Positions 45,297 to 54,346 of a stretch of 64,000 nucleotides of DNA are shown piece after piece (positions within the stretch are counted from its first letter, which is position 1; each line of letters begins with the position of its first letter). The DNA is taken from IMG/VR virus record IMGVR_UViG_3300029788_000344; one strand, given 5' to 3'. This DNA comes from a virus. Under the pieces are notes generated by a model. The model was not told the origin of the DNA, searched no databases, and saw only the letters and a list, made by a program, of their open reading frames with translations. A program made the translations under genes and the position numbers.

Positions 45297-46796
45297 TTAT
45301 AACTCCCTGCCCATTGAAGGAGGAAGCAAACTATTGGAATCATTATATCCCAAGAGATTAAGCAAGTCGTTGATTTTGGTAATCTTCGAAACAGATGAGT
45401 CCAAACCAGCATCTCTTGTTTCTGACTGAATCTCGACTAATAGCCTCTGAATCTCTTCAATAATGCTATCTTTACCATCTCCAGGAGGAGAATAGTTAAA
45501 CCGCTTATGAATCAGCTCTCTTAGCGCGTTTTGATAGCGAGTTTTTATTATGGAGGTTTTTTCATCATCTTTCTCTGATTGACAATAGCTAAAACAAATC
45601 AGGATTAGTGCAACAATATAGTCAACTACTGAGCTCGGCTTGACTGTGATATCGCAGTATCCAAAATAATCCGTGCCAACACAGGAGGAAGTGATGATAT
45701 CCTTTATGGAAGGACAAATGCGTTGCAAAGATTTTTCAAGGCGTTCAGTTGTAACCGCATAACCCTTTAGATCTGCTAGCCGAGCCGGAATCTCTTCTGT
45801 TTCATAACGGTATGTTGAAGCATTTAAACTCAGCGAAAGGTTCTCGCTTATATTGTCTCGCAGAACTTTCCACACGGCTTCAAGGGAAGCACTATATCTA
45901 CTAAGGAGTTTGTTTAACACTGCTACTGGGCAATAGTTTTCAGAAACGAATCTTTCGATATCAATTTCTATCATCGATAAGTCCATCAAGGTGTTGTCTA
46001 CGCCTAGAAACACTAATGATTCCTCTGGCGTAACGTCTCCAACACGACAAGCTCTTAACTTCCGCTCAATCTTATCAAAAACAGCAACGATATCTCCATA
46101 CCCTACTATGTCAAAGATTCTCCCTAAGGTAAGTTCATTTTCTGCATTTTCTTCTCCAATTACCCATATCTGAGGGACACCACGATAAAAAAACATTCCA
46201 TTGTTTCTATCGAATGTCGCATCAATAGAAGAGTCGTGTCTCTTAAATTCATGCCAAGTTGAAGTTACGCTTCCAGCACCATGTAGCCCCGACCAATCCT
46301 CAACATCTTCCATTGAAAACTGCGCATTTGGTGTGCGCGTTAACAATTCAATGAAAGCTCTTTCGCTCTTCTTGAGCTTACAAGGTTCTCCATTTATCAG
46401 AGCGGTATTCTCACGGTTTCCATCTCGTTTTCCTTTCTTCTCTTTATACCCATTAGCTCCATACAAAGTCTGCGAAGCAAAATCATAGTAGCATTTAGAA
46501 TCTGGAAGAAACCTAATAAAGTGTCGAATTCCTGCCTCCTGAAGCAACGATGGGATAAGGTACTCCACCCATGAATGAACCATTTCAATCTCATCATCAT
46601 CCAAGCTGCCTGTTGAATATGTATCCTGAACAATGTACTCTTGCTCCATAGCACAGGAAACCAATTTACACTGAATCATAGATCCGCGCCCAAACAGCGT
46701 AATAATCGGTTCGTTCTCAGAGCCCGGAATGACAATCCCTGGTTGCGAAGGCTCAACTCTGTATTTTATTCCTCGTGGTAATTTGATTTTCATCAT
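45297..46796 (-). CDS. Hypothetical protein (499 aa), translationally adjacent to VirD4-like paralogue 2
   Basis: There is a 10-nt gap to the downstream gene. No motif was recognised. Confidence 0.4.
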   Translation of the reverse strand: MMKIKLPRGIKYRVEPSQPGIVIPGSENEPIITLFGRGSMIQCKLVSCAMEQEYIVQDTYSTGSLDDDEIEMVHSWVEYLIPSLLQEAGIRHFIRFLPDSKCYYDFASQTLYGANGYKEKKGKRDGNRENTALINGEPCKLKKSERAFIELLTRTPNAQFSMEDVEDWSGLHGAGSVTSTWHEFKRHDSSIDATFDRNNGMFFYRGVPQIWVIGEENAENELTLGRIFDIVGYGDIVAVFDKIERKLRACRVGDVTPEESLVFLGVDNTLMDLSMIEIDIERFVSENYCPVAVLNKLLSRYSASLEAVWKVLRDNISENLSLSLNASTYRYETEEIPARLADLKGYAVTTERLEKSLQRICPSIKDIITSSCVGTDYFGYCDITVKPSSVVDYIVALILICFSYCQSEKDDEKTSIIKTRYQNALRELIHKRFNYSPPGDGKDSIIEEIQRLLVEIQSETRDAGLDSSVSKITKINDLLNLLGYNDSNSLLPPSMGREL

Positions 46797-47037
46797 AGGC
46801 TTTCCAGTCCTTCTTAGACAATCCGTCTATCATATTCTAATCTATCCATATCAAGAAGCTATCAAGAAACTGCTGATATCTTCTTGATTTTTTCTTTTTT
46901 TTTCATTTTTCGCGGCTTGATCCCATATATAAAGGTGCTTGATGGCGTGGGCTTATCCTTTCACCAGAGGGACGGGCAAGCCAGTAAATCATGTTTGAGG
47001 CTCCTCCCTCAATAAAAACTGAGAGGAGAGCCCAATC

Positions 47038-47934
47038 ATGAAAAAGGCTACTTGCACCACTTTCGTTAACATCCTGAACACCATCCACAAGGAAGGTATC
47101 ACCACCAAGGTCGCGCTGATGGCTGATCAGCTTCTCTACACTAATTTCTGGTTCGCGTTGAAAGACTTTTGCCATTTCGCCCTTCTTTCCAAGACTAGCG
47201 GCAAGAACGCTGGAGGCGAAATCCTCATCGGCAACTCCGGGAAGATCGACGTGCTCGAAACCCGTGGTGCAACCACCAGGGATGAGATTGAAACCGACTG
47301 TGTTATCAAGATCATCGAGAAACTCAACCTTGTTCTGCGTCAGCCGATTGAGAAGCAGAAGAACTACTGTTATGCGATCTGCAACAACATGGTGAACGAC
47401 TGCTTCAGGATGCTTCCCCCCGATGATTTCAAAATCGTCTCGCTCAACAGCACGATTGAGGGAACCAGCGTTGCGGCGGAAGACGCATACACCTACGAGG
47501 ATGTCATCGCTGATGATACATACAATCCCGAACGCATGCATGTCGAGCGCGAAACCATCAGGGAACTCAAGAAGGAGCTCAAGACTAAGCAGACAAGGGA
47601 GCAGGCCGAGAAGAAGGAAGCCATTCTTCACGAGGTCGCCCTTCTCAGCAAGCGCCCTGCTGAAGTCATGGTGAGGCTTGCTTGCACTCATCTCAGCATG
47701 AAGCCCCGTGAGTTGGCTGGCCTGATCATCGATAAGGGCTGCGAACTTGCTTATGCCGAGATTATCTTCGAGGTGGCCAAGCAGAACAGAATTGAACTTT
47801 CGGAGATCCGCAGCATCATCGCTGGTCACGAGTTGACTGCTGAATCCGTCAAGGCGGATACCAATTCTGCGGAACAGGTCGCAGGTCAGATCAGCCGTCT
47901 CGTGTACAGAGCAGACAAGCGTCTCAGTAAGTAA
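47038..47934 (+). CDS. Hypothetical protein (298 aa), plus strand
   Basis: A strong RBS GAGGAGAG precedes the ATG. The amino-acid composition is diverse. It was chosen over the antisense ORF 46903-48000. Confidence 0.5.
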   Translation: MKKATCTTFVNILNTIHKEGITTKVALMADQLLYTNFWFALKDFCHFALLSKTSGKNAGGEILIGNSGKIDVLETRGATTRDEIETDCVIKIIEKLNLVLRQPIEKQKNYCYAICNNMVNDCFRMLPPDDFKIVSLNSTIEGTSVAAEDAYTYEDVIADDTYNPERMHVERETIRELKKELKTKQTREQAEKKEAILHEVALLSKRPAEVMVRLACTHLSMKPRELAGLIIDKGCELAYAEIIFEVAKQNRIELSEIRSIIAGHELTAESVKADTNSAEQVAGQISRLVYRADKRLSK

Positions 47935-48083
47935 GATAAATCTCAGGGCGGTCATATTGTGATGTGATCGCCCAATTATATTATTAATTACAAACTCCAT
48001 CGTTGCTTAGCCTCATCAGTATCTTACATGATATCATAACCCGATGCATGCAAATCTTATTGCTCAATGATTACGTCAACCCT

Positions 48084-49112
48084 TTATACGTTTTGTTTTT
48101 CAGATTCTCCGCATTCTAATAATCCTAACGCCTTCTCAGCACTGAGAACCATTCTAGAATACTCATCCTTAACATCTTCGGGAGACTTAATTGCAACTCT
48201 TCCTCCAAACCCAAATATCCAGCTATAAAAGACGCTGCCAACAGATGTTTCGATTACGGCTCGGAAGGATTTCATGTCATTGGCCAGCACATGAACATCT
48301 TTTCCGAACTTATCTATGATCGCATCCATGACATCGTTGCTACACACCAATTCGATCTGCTTCCTCTGGCCGTTGTACATCCGGAACATTGAGTTCAGGT
48401 AGACATTCAGGTCAAAGTTCTTCGGAGGCTGCACAGCATTTTCTTCGAGGATCTTAGGGCATCTGACAATACGATCTACACGGAAGCTGCCGATCCCTTT
48501 GTGCTTTTCAGAGTAACCCACCACATAATAGTAATCGTCATTCCAGATCAGCTTATATGGGCTGAACACATAGGTGTAGCCATCGTATTTCAACTTCTGT
48601 TCCTTCCGGACATTGTAGGTGAAATACTGGAACGACACTTTCTTGTTGGCATTGATTGCGTCGTTCAACGCTTCCATGATGTAGTAGATTTTCTCGTTGT
48701 CGGCTTTGATGCGATTCTCCACATCAACATTGCGAACGAGCTTTTCCGTATTATGCTGGCTTGTAAGAGAGCCAAGCTTCTCAACTAGGGCTGCGCTCTT
48801 CTTCTTGGGTATGAATCTTGCAGACTCTACAGCATCAATCAACATCTTGAGCTCCGGCAAATCGAATCTCCGGCCAATGAGCGAGAAACGCTTTTGCGTC
48901 GAAGGGATAACCTCAATTTCAATTCCGAGTTTCTGGAGAGCTTTTATGTCATCACCCACAGTTCCGCGAGAGGTTGAGATACCGTATTCTTTTTCGAGCT
49001 GCTCCATTATCTGAGCTATCGTCAGATAATGATCCTCGTCTGTCTGCTCATAGAGCATTTTAGCCACATAGAAAGGGCGAAGTTTTGCTTTTAGGTCCAT
49101 ATCAATTACCAC
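48084..49112 (-). CDS. WYL-domain transcriptional regulator (BrxR/CapW-like; wHTH plus WYL)
   Basis: It has an N-terminal wHTH (HYLTIAQIMEQLEKEYGISTSRGTVGDDIKAL) and the WYL motif FSPYKLIWNDDYYYVVGY. Confidence 0.7.
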   Translation of the reverse strand: MVIDMDLKAKLRPFYVAKMLYEQTDEDHYLTIAQIMEQLEKEYGISTSRGTVGDDIKALQKLGIEIEVIPSTQKRFSLIGRRFDLPELKMLIDAVESARFIPKKKSAALVEKLGSLTSQHNTEKLVRNVDVENRIKADNEKIYYIMEALNDAINANKKVSFQYFTYNVRKEQKLKYDGYTYVFSPYKLIWNDDYYYVVGYSEKHKGIGSFRVDRIVRCPKILEENAVQPPKNFDLNVYLNSMFRMYNGQRKQIELVCSNDVMDAIIDKFGKDVHVLANDMKSFRAVIETSVGSVFYSWIFGFGGRVAIKSPEDVKDEYSRMVLSAEKALGLLECGESEKQNV

Positions 49113-49177
49113 TCACCACATGAGATTCTTCAAAAAACAAGGCACATCTTATGTACATTGGCAGGAGCTTCATTCAC

Positions 49178-50311
49178 TTATTTTTGCTCCATCAATACGG
49201 AAACAAGTGTTTCTCCTATTATTTTTGCTTCTTCAATCGTATTGTCTTTTCCCAACGATATTCTGATTGTTCCTTTTGCATATGAGTCGGGCACATTTAT
49301 TGCTTTGATTACATGAGAAACCTGAACTGAGTTACTGTCACAAGCAGAACCAGTAGAAACTAAAATTCCTCTAAGATCTAGTCGATGAAGAATAGCTTCG
49401 CCATCCTTGCCACGGAATGATAGATTAAGTGTTCCTTTTAATCCGTTGCTATAGCCATTTCGGATGTAATCCACTTCAGCGTCATTTAGAATTGAACAAA
49501 TAAGCTCAACCATCTTTGCAGAATGGTTTTGAGATTTTTGTATCTGAGAACAATTCATACTTAATGCAGTTGCCATTCCAACAATCGAAGCAACATTCTC
49601 CGTTCCCGCTCTAAGAGAGTTTTCTTGTGCTCCACCGTTCAGCAGCGGCAAGATCGGAGTTCCCTCTCTGACATAAAGAAACCCTATGCCTTTAGGGCCG
49701 TTAAACTTATGCGCTGAAGCAGACAGGAGATCAACATTTAATTCATTCACATCAATGGGAATATGTCCAATCGCTTGAACTGCATCTGTATGAAAGAAAG
49801 CGCCATTTCTATGGGCAATTTCAGCAAGCTTTTTGATTGGTTGGATAGTACCTATTTCGTTATTGGCGGTTGCAACAGAGACAAGATTGGTAGTCCCTGC
49901 AATAACCTGTTCCAGCATCTCAACGGTAATTAGCCCGTTTGAGTTAGGGGTGATATAGGCCACAGGATAGCCAAGTCTTTCAATAAACTGACATGACCGC
50001 AAAACGGCATGATGCTCAATAGTCGAAGTAATTGTCGTGCGTTTACTTTCATCTGCGAATGCACAGCCCTTTATTGCCCAGTTGTCGCTTTCTGTTCCGC
50101 CGGAGGTGAAGAAAATTTCACTTGGTTTAGCATTAATACATTTTGCTATTTCTTCCCTAGCGTTTTTAATTGCAGCTTTTGCTTTACGAGAAAAGGAGTA
50201 TGGTTGAGACGCATTTGCATACTCTTCTTTCGTAAATGGCGCCATTGCCTCCAACACAGTTGGATCAATTCTTGTTGTAGCTGCATTATCAGCGTAGATA
50301 ATCCGTTTCAT
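49178..50311 (-). CDS. Class V aminotransferase-fold cysteine desulfurase (IscS/NifS/DndA-like)
   Basis: The PLP-lysine motif reads SASAHKFNGPKG. The catalytic Cys loop reads STGSACDS. Start set at the MKRIIYADNAATT ATG behind GTGAGGT; the track ORF begins at 50335. Confidence 0.8.
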   Translation of the reverse strand: MKRIIYADNAATTRIDPTVLEAMAPFTKEEYANASQPYSFSRKAKAAIKNAREEIAKCINAKPSEIFFTSGGTESDNWAIKGCAFADESKRTTITSTIEHHAVLRSCQFIERLGYPVAYITPNSNGLITVEMLEQVIAGTTNLVSVATANNEIGTIQPIKKLAEIAHRNGAFFHTDAVQAIGHIPIDVNELNVDLLSASAHKFNGPKGIGFLYVREGTPILPLLNGGAQENSLRAGTENVASIVGMATALSMNCSQIQKSQNHSAKMVELICSILNDAEVDYIRNGYSNGLKGTLNLSFRGKDGEAILHRLDLRGILVSTGSACDSNSVQVSHVIKAINVPDSYAKGTIRISLGKDNTIEEAKIIGETLVSVLMEQK

Positions 50312-50318
50312 ATTGACC

Positions 50319-50516
50319 TCACTTAAACAGAACACAGCCCTGCTCTTTGAATTCCTCTATTTTTATCTCAAGGTCTTCAACATCACACCCAAAGGTATCT
50401 GCCAAACACGAAATACACAAAAACTCTTTTGCGTCAATGTCCAAGAGTTTCCTGTGAAGTGCAATCCAGTCTTTCTTTAGTTCTGTCCCGCATAACTTAC
50501 ACTTCTCATTTTTCAC
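50319..50516 (-). CDS. Small CxxC...CxxC zinc-ribbon-like protein (65 aa) bridging brxL and the desulfurase
   Basis: It has a GTG start with AAGGAG 9 nt upstream. The start overlaps the brxL stop by 11 nt, and its own stop overlaps the desulfurase RBS. The cysteine pattern is CKLCG...CISC. Confidence 0.45.
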   Translation of the reverse strand: MKNEKCKLCGTELKKDWIALHRKLLDIDAKEFLCISCLADTFGCDVEDLEIKIEEFKEQGCVLFK

Positions 50517-51999
50517 GGTATTGCTCCTTAATTGTGATTTCAGGGATTGTCATTCCACCAAATTCTCCCTCGTCAATAATACCAAGCTGAGTTTTGATGA
50601 CTCTTCTCATCTCCATAGCTGGGGCAAGACAGTAGGTCTCAAATAAAGAAATATCCACTTTACTAACATCTGTTGCATTTGGGAACAAAAGCTTCAAATA
50701 CCCGGTGCAGATACGCTTAATTGCTTCGGTATCTCTTGTCGCTGAATTCTTCGGGAGTTGCAATAGTTGGTCAACGACAGCGCGATATGCGAGTTCATCA
50801 CGCAAACAATGCATAATTTCGCCAAAGTATTCTGTATTAAGAGCCCACCCATTAGCTTTAAGACTTTCCTTCATTTTAGGTATGTTCCAGCCTTTAATAA
50901 AACCGTGAAATCTGTCAAGTAGAGCTGATTCATGGAATATATCAGGAAGATCCTTAAACATATTCTGATTAACATCCATAAGTTCTGAATCGATATTTCC
51001 CAAAAGAATAAGTCCGGCGTCACCGACACCTCTCGAATCGCCTACGCGGTATTCACCGCTTTCAAGATAGCCTTTCAAGGCTCCTTGCATTTCCATTGCG
51101 TCTGTAAATTTAATGCTCTGGATTTCATCAAACGCAACATAGTCGTAACGGGATACAAGCCCCTGGGTCCTCTTGCTAATGTCATAGAACATCTTTGCCC
51201 TTGAAATACTTCCACCGCTAACAAGCCATCCGTACTTACTTATCTGTGCAAATACATATGACTTACCAGTTTCTTTGGGCGCAAGCTCAATCAAGTTAAT
51301 TCTCTTTTCGACAAATGGGAGCAGTCTGCTGAGCATGGCCATTTTCTGAGTTTTGCTTACATATCCCTTGGGGTTATAATCAATCGCACTTAGAAGGACA
51401 TTTATCCATTCGTCGATAGTAAAATACTGCCTGGCCTCAATATAATAGTCCAAGTCTATCGTGTAAGGGCAGAACGGCTGGAAGTCAACAAGCTTAAAAA
51501 CATTCCCTTTATTGCTTTCTTCAATATCTATCTCGACAATTCCCCAAACTTCTGTCGGAGAAAGAAGGTAGTCTCTGTTGGCTTCGATTACATCCCAATC
51601 AACGATGGCTTCACCCTTTTTCTTGGGAACTTCAAAATCCGGCAATGAAAACAACGCTGTTTTTGTTTTAGCATCAAAGTCAATTTTAACTTTTGCCAAA
51701 AAACGAGCAGTCTGATCGTTATGAAGCAGATCCACAAGATATTCGTTCCATTGCTCTTTCTTGGGAATCACCCGTTTTACATAGTCTGAAACTTCCTGTT
51801 TATTTATAACCCCTTCGCTGTTGGAAAATCGCATTACCAGCCAATCTCGCATAAAAGAAGGCAGGCTCAATGCTGAGAAGAATTTTGAATTGGCTGAAGA
51901 TTTGTATACAAGCATATCACCATAATATTGCTTGAGTTTCTTCTCGTATTCTGCTCCTTCAAGCATACCAGAAGAAGCTGTGGTCTTGTTAGTATCCAT
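50506..51999 (-). CDS. brxL: BrxL-like ATPase (BREX Lon-like or MCM-like component; the short form lacks an obvious Lon catalytic dyad)
   Basis: Walker A reads LAPKETGKSYVFAQIS. Walker B reads YVAFDEIQ. Its position immediately downstream of pglZ in a BrxP-BrxC-PglZ operon is the main support. Confidence 0.55.
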   Translation of the reverse strand: MDTNKTTASSGMLEGAEYEKKLKQYYGDMLVYKSSANSKFFSALSLPSFMRDWLVMRFSNSEGVINKQEVSDYVKRVIPKKEQWNEYLVDLLHNDQTARFLAKVKIDFDAKTKTALFSLPDFEVPKKKGEAIVDWDVIEANRDYLLSPTEVWGIVEIDIEESNKGNVFKLVDFQPFCPYTIDLDYYIEARQYFTIDEWINVLLSAIDYNPKGYVSKTQKMAMLSRLLPFVEKRINLIELAPKETGKSYVFAQISKYGWLVSGGSISRAKMFYDISKRTQGLVSRYDYVAFDEIQSIKFTDAMEMQGALKGYLESGEYRVGDSRGVGDAGLILLGNIDSELMDVNQNMFKDLPDIFHESALLDRFHGFIKGWNIPKMKESLKANGWALNTEYFGEIMHCLRDELAYRAVVDQLLQLPKNSATRDTEAIKRICTGYLKLLFPNATDVSKVDISLFETYCLAPAMEMRRVIKTQLGIIDEGEFGGMTIPEITIKEQYREK

Positions 52000-52012
52000 T
52001 TTCCATCGCTCC

Positions 52013-54331
52013 TTATATGTCGAAGTTGGTATTCTTCTTGATGCCTTGTTCTATTTCAATATCGAACTGACCAAGAATACCTCCGTCAGCAATCTTTACA
52101 GTAAGTTTTCCATCCGCCTTGGACGGAACAAACGTAAAGGAATACAATCCATCAGCCCATTCACATTTATACGAGTTGCCTTTAATTCTCGCGGAGACGT
52201 TTTGCCTCTTTTTACCACTGATAGAAAAGACCACTTTGACTTGCTTTGTTCCGAGAGCGGGTTTGAATTTCGTGGTTTTCGGTTTTACTTCAACAGCCTC
52301 TGGTTTTTCTCCTATGTTACGTTCAACCGTGACAATCGGTACAATCCATTCTTCTAATGAGGCTCCACCATGTATCTCGTCTATGGGAGCTCCACTTTGA
52401 ATAAATCGACTATAGTCAGCAAAAATCAAACGCTCATTATAATTTATCGCAGTTGGATATTTGGGTTCATCTTCTGTTCCTTCACAAAAACGTCCGTATT
52501 TATAAATACCTACATTATCCGGTTTTGGATACGCATTATCGTATTCTGTGTTGCGAACCTTGACTGCCATTCTGCTCGTTCCATGATCTGCTGCAATGAT
52601 GATACGGTGAGTGTTTCCAACCAGCAACCCAAGAACTCGATTCTTCAGATTATCGAGAATATGAATTTGCTTTATGAGACTTTCCGGGTGAGCATTATTA
52701 GCATGCTTAAGCTCATCAAGCTCTCTTACGGGTGGTTCAACAGTATTACGCCCATTCATGAAATCTTTGTTGATTTCTGTGACTGACGGTAATGTGCAAA
52801 AACCAGCATCAAAGAATACTGAATACTGCTGCTCATCAAGGTCGGAGAAGAGATGCGCCAAGTAATCAACATATTCAATACCCATTCCATCCACAAATAG
52901 GATAGATGTATGCTCATCATAGTGTTCTGAAACAAAATGATTCCTTGATTGCATCTGGAAGACCGATGCCCCTTTTTCCAGAGAAATACGTTTGACCTTT
53001 GAAACAAATTCCTCCGTCAAAGTATCTGTCGCTTTCAGCCACTTGTACTCGCTAAAATATTGCTCATGTTCTGTAGACAGCCCCGCGCAATTCGGCTGTT
53101 CATCATTCTGCAAATAGTAGTACAGAGATGGATAAACACGCTTTAGGATAGAGAGAACGCTTTTTCTTTGCTGATAGCTAAACTCAGCGACTATTTCAAA
53201 GATAGTTTTCTGTTCTACGTCTGTTAAACAAGTAAGGCACGAAAGAGCATCAATCCTGTTAAGAGAACTCAGCTCATTCCAATAATGCTCTGTAGGAACC
53301 GCCTGCATTACTGATAGAATCCGTTTTCTGTCCTTGTAGAACTGCTCAAACTTATCGTCTCTGAGATAATCAATAATACAGCAATAGATATTGTCTAAAT
53401 ACTCAGCAGAAGATTTGCACGCTTTTGCTGCTACAATCTCATAGCTTTTTCCAGATTGCTGTCTGGACCACAGCCAAAGAAGCCATTTTTGAAAAGAATT
53501 GTACCTATTCCATCTCTCAAACAGACTTGATGAATATCTATTTATGGAAAGCGTGGATCGGCAGGCGTCTTCAAAAGAGCCCTCTTTGATGATTACTCGA
53601 ACAAGATTGTTCCAATCATTGTCCGTTCCAAGTTCTTCAAATACACTTGCTGGCAATCCATATTGATACCTAATCAGATCGTAGGATGTCACAATTACGT
53701 GAACATCATCAAAGAAGTGGTTCTTTTCAAAGTGGATAGCATTGCCGGTGTGCAAAATCAATGGTTTGTCGGGGTTAGCTTCCCAATACTCAAGATAGCT
53801 TCTAAATCCGTCGATCTCATTACCTGCCAACTTAACATCTAAATCTTTTTGAATAATGGTGAGTTTATAGTCACTCTCTTCATCCGTCTCGAACAAAACA
53901 ATGCAGTCTTTGGCTCTTGGATCGTCAGAAGGTACAGTACGAAGAAGGCTCTTCATTCTATACATCAAGAAATAAATGCGGAGTTTTCCGTTATCATTGT
54001 TTTGATAGTCTGCCTTGATAAACTTCTGAATTACAGGTTCAGCTTGTTCAGGGATTATGCGCAAATATTCTGACAACGGAGATACAAACTGCGACTTTTT
54101 GACTTTTTTCAGAGCAGCACTAACACGTTTGATATTTGGAGTTGTATCTTTCCCTTCACAGAACTTGGAAAGGGGCAGCGTCTCATCGGCCAAAGCAAGC
54201 AGAAACTTTTTAACCTCGATCCACATAGCCATAGAATCGACATTTATAAAGCGCACAGGATTTAGCGAGACGCGTTTCGCGTCTTGCTTCAAGAATAGTT
54301 GTAGGCTTTCCAAATCCTTAAAGGTGGTCAT
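52013..54331 (-). CDS. pglZ: PglZ (BREX alkaline-phosphatase-superfamily protein)
   Basis: The PglZ-domain signatures are ILFVDGMGIEYVDYL and RIIIAADHGTSR. The length is 772 aa. Confidence 0.8.
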   Translation of the reverse strand: MTTFKDLESLQLFLKQDAKRVSLNPVRFINVDSMAMWIEVKKFLLALADETLPLSKFCEGKDTTPNIKRVSAALKKVKKSQFVSPLSEYLRIIPEQAEPVIQKFIKADYQNNDNGKLRIYFLMYRMKSLLRTVPSDDPRAKDCIVLFETDEESDYKLTIIQKDLDVKLAGNEIDGFRSYLEYWEANPDKPLILHTGNAIHFEKNHFFDDVHVIVTSYDLIRYQYGLPASVFEELGTDNDWNNLVRVIIKEGSFEDACRSTLSINRYSSSLFERWNRYNSFQKWLLWLWSRQQSGKSYEIVAAKACKSSAEYLDNIYCCIIDYLRDDKFEQFYKDRKRILSVMQAVPTEHYWNELSSLNRIDALSCLTCLTDVEQKTIFEIVAEFSYQQRKSVLSILKRVYPSLYYYLQNDEQPNCAGLSTEHEQYFSEYKWLKATDTLTEEFVSKVKRISLEKGASVFQMQSRNHFVSEHYDEHTSILFVDGMGIEYVDYLAHLFSDLDEQQYSVFFDAGFCTLPSVTEINKDFMNGRNTVEPPVRELDELKHANNAHPESLIKQIHILDNLKNRVLGLLVGNTHRIIIAADHGTSRMAVKVRNTEYDNAYPKPDNVGIYKYGRFCEGTEDEPKYPTAINYNERLIFADYSRFIQSGAPIDEIHGGASLEEWIVPIVTVERNIGEKPEAVEVKPKTTKFKPALGTKQVKVVFSISGKKRQNVSARIKGNSYKCEWADGLYSFTFVPSKADGKLTVKIADGGILGQFDIEIEQGIKKNTNFDI

Positions 54332-54346
54332 AGTGTCCTCCTTTGA

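Noticed and set aside
20255-47000. Interpretation as a classical conjugative T4SS transfer region
   Set aside because: No relaxase (MOB) motif, VirB6/VirB8-like structural set or oriT-like repeat is recognisable. The VirD4-like proteins lack membrane anchors. The region is therefore reported as uncharacterised rather than as a conjugation module.
46903-48000. 365-aa minus-strand ORF overlapping the 47038-47934 plus-strand gene
   Set aside because: It has low-complexity, antisense-like composition (L/R/S-rich), no RBS and no motif. The plus-strand ORF has a strong GAGGAGAG RBS and protein-like composition.
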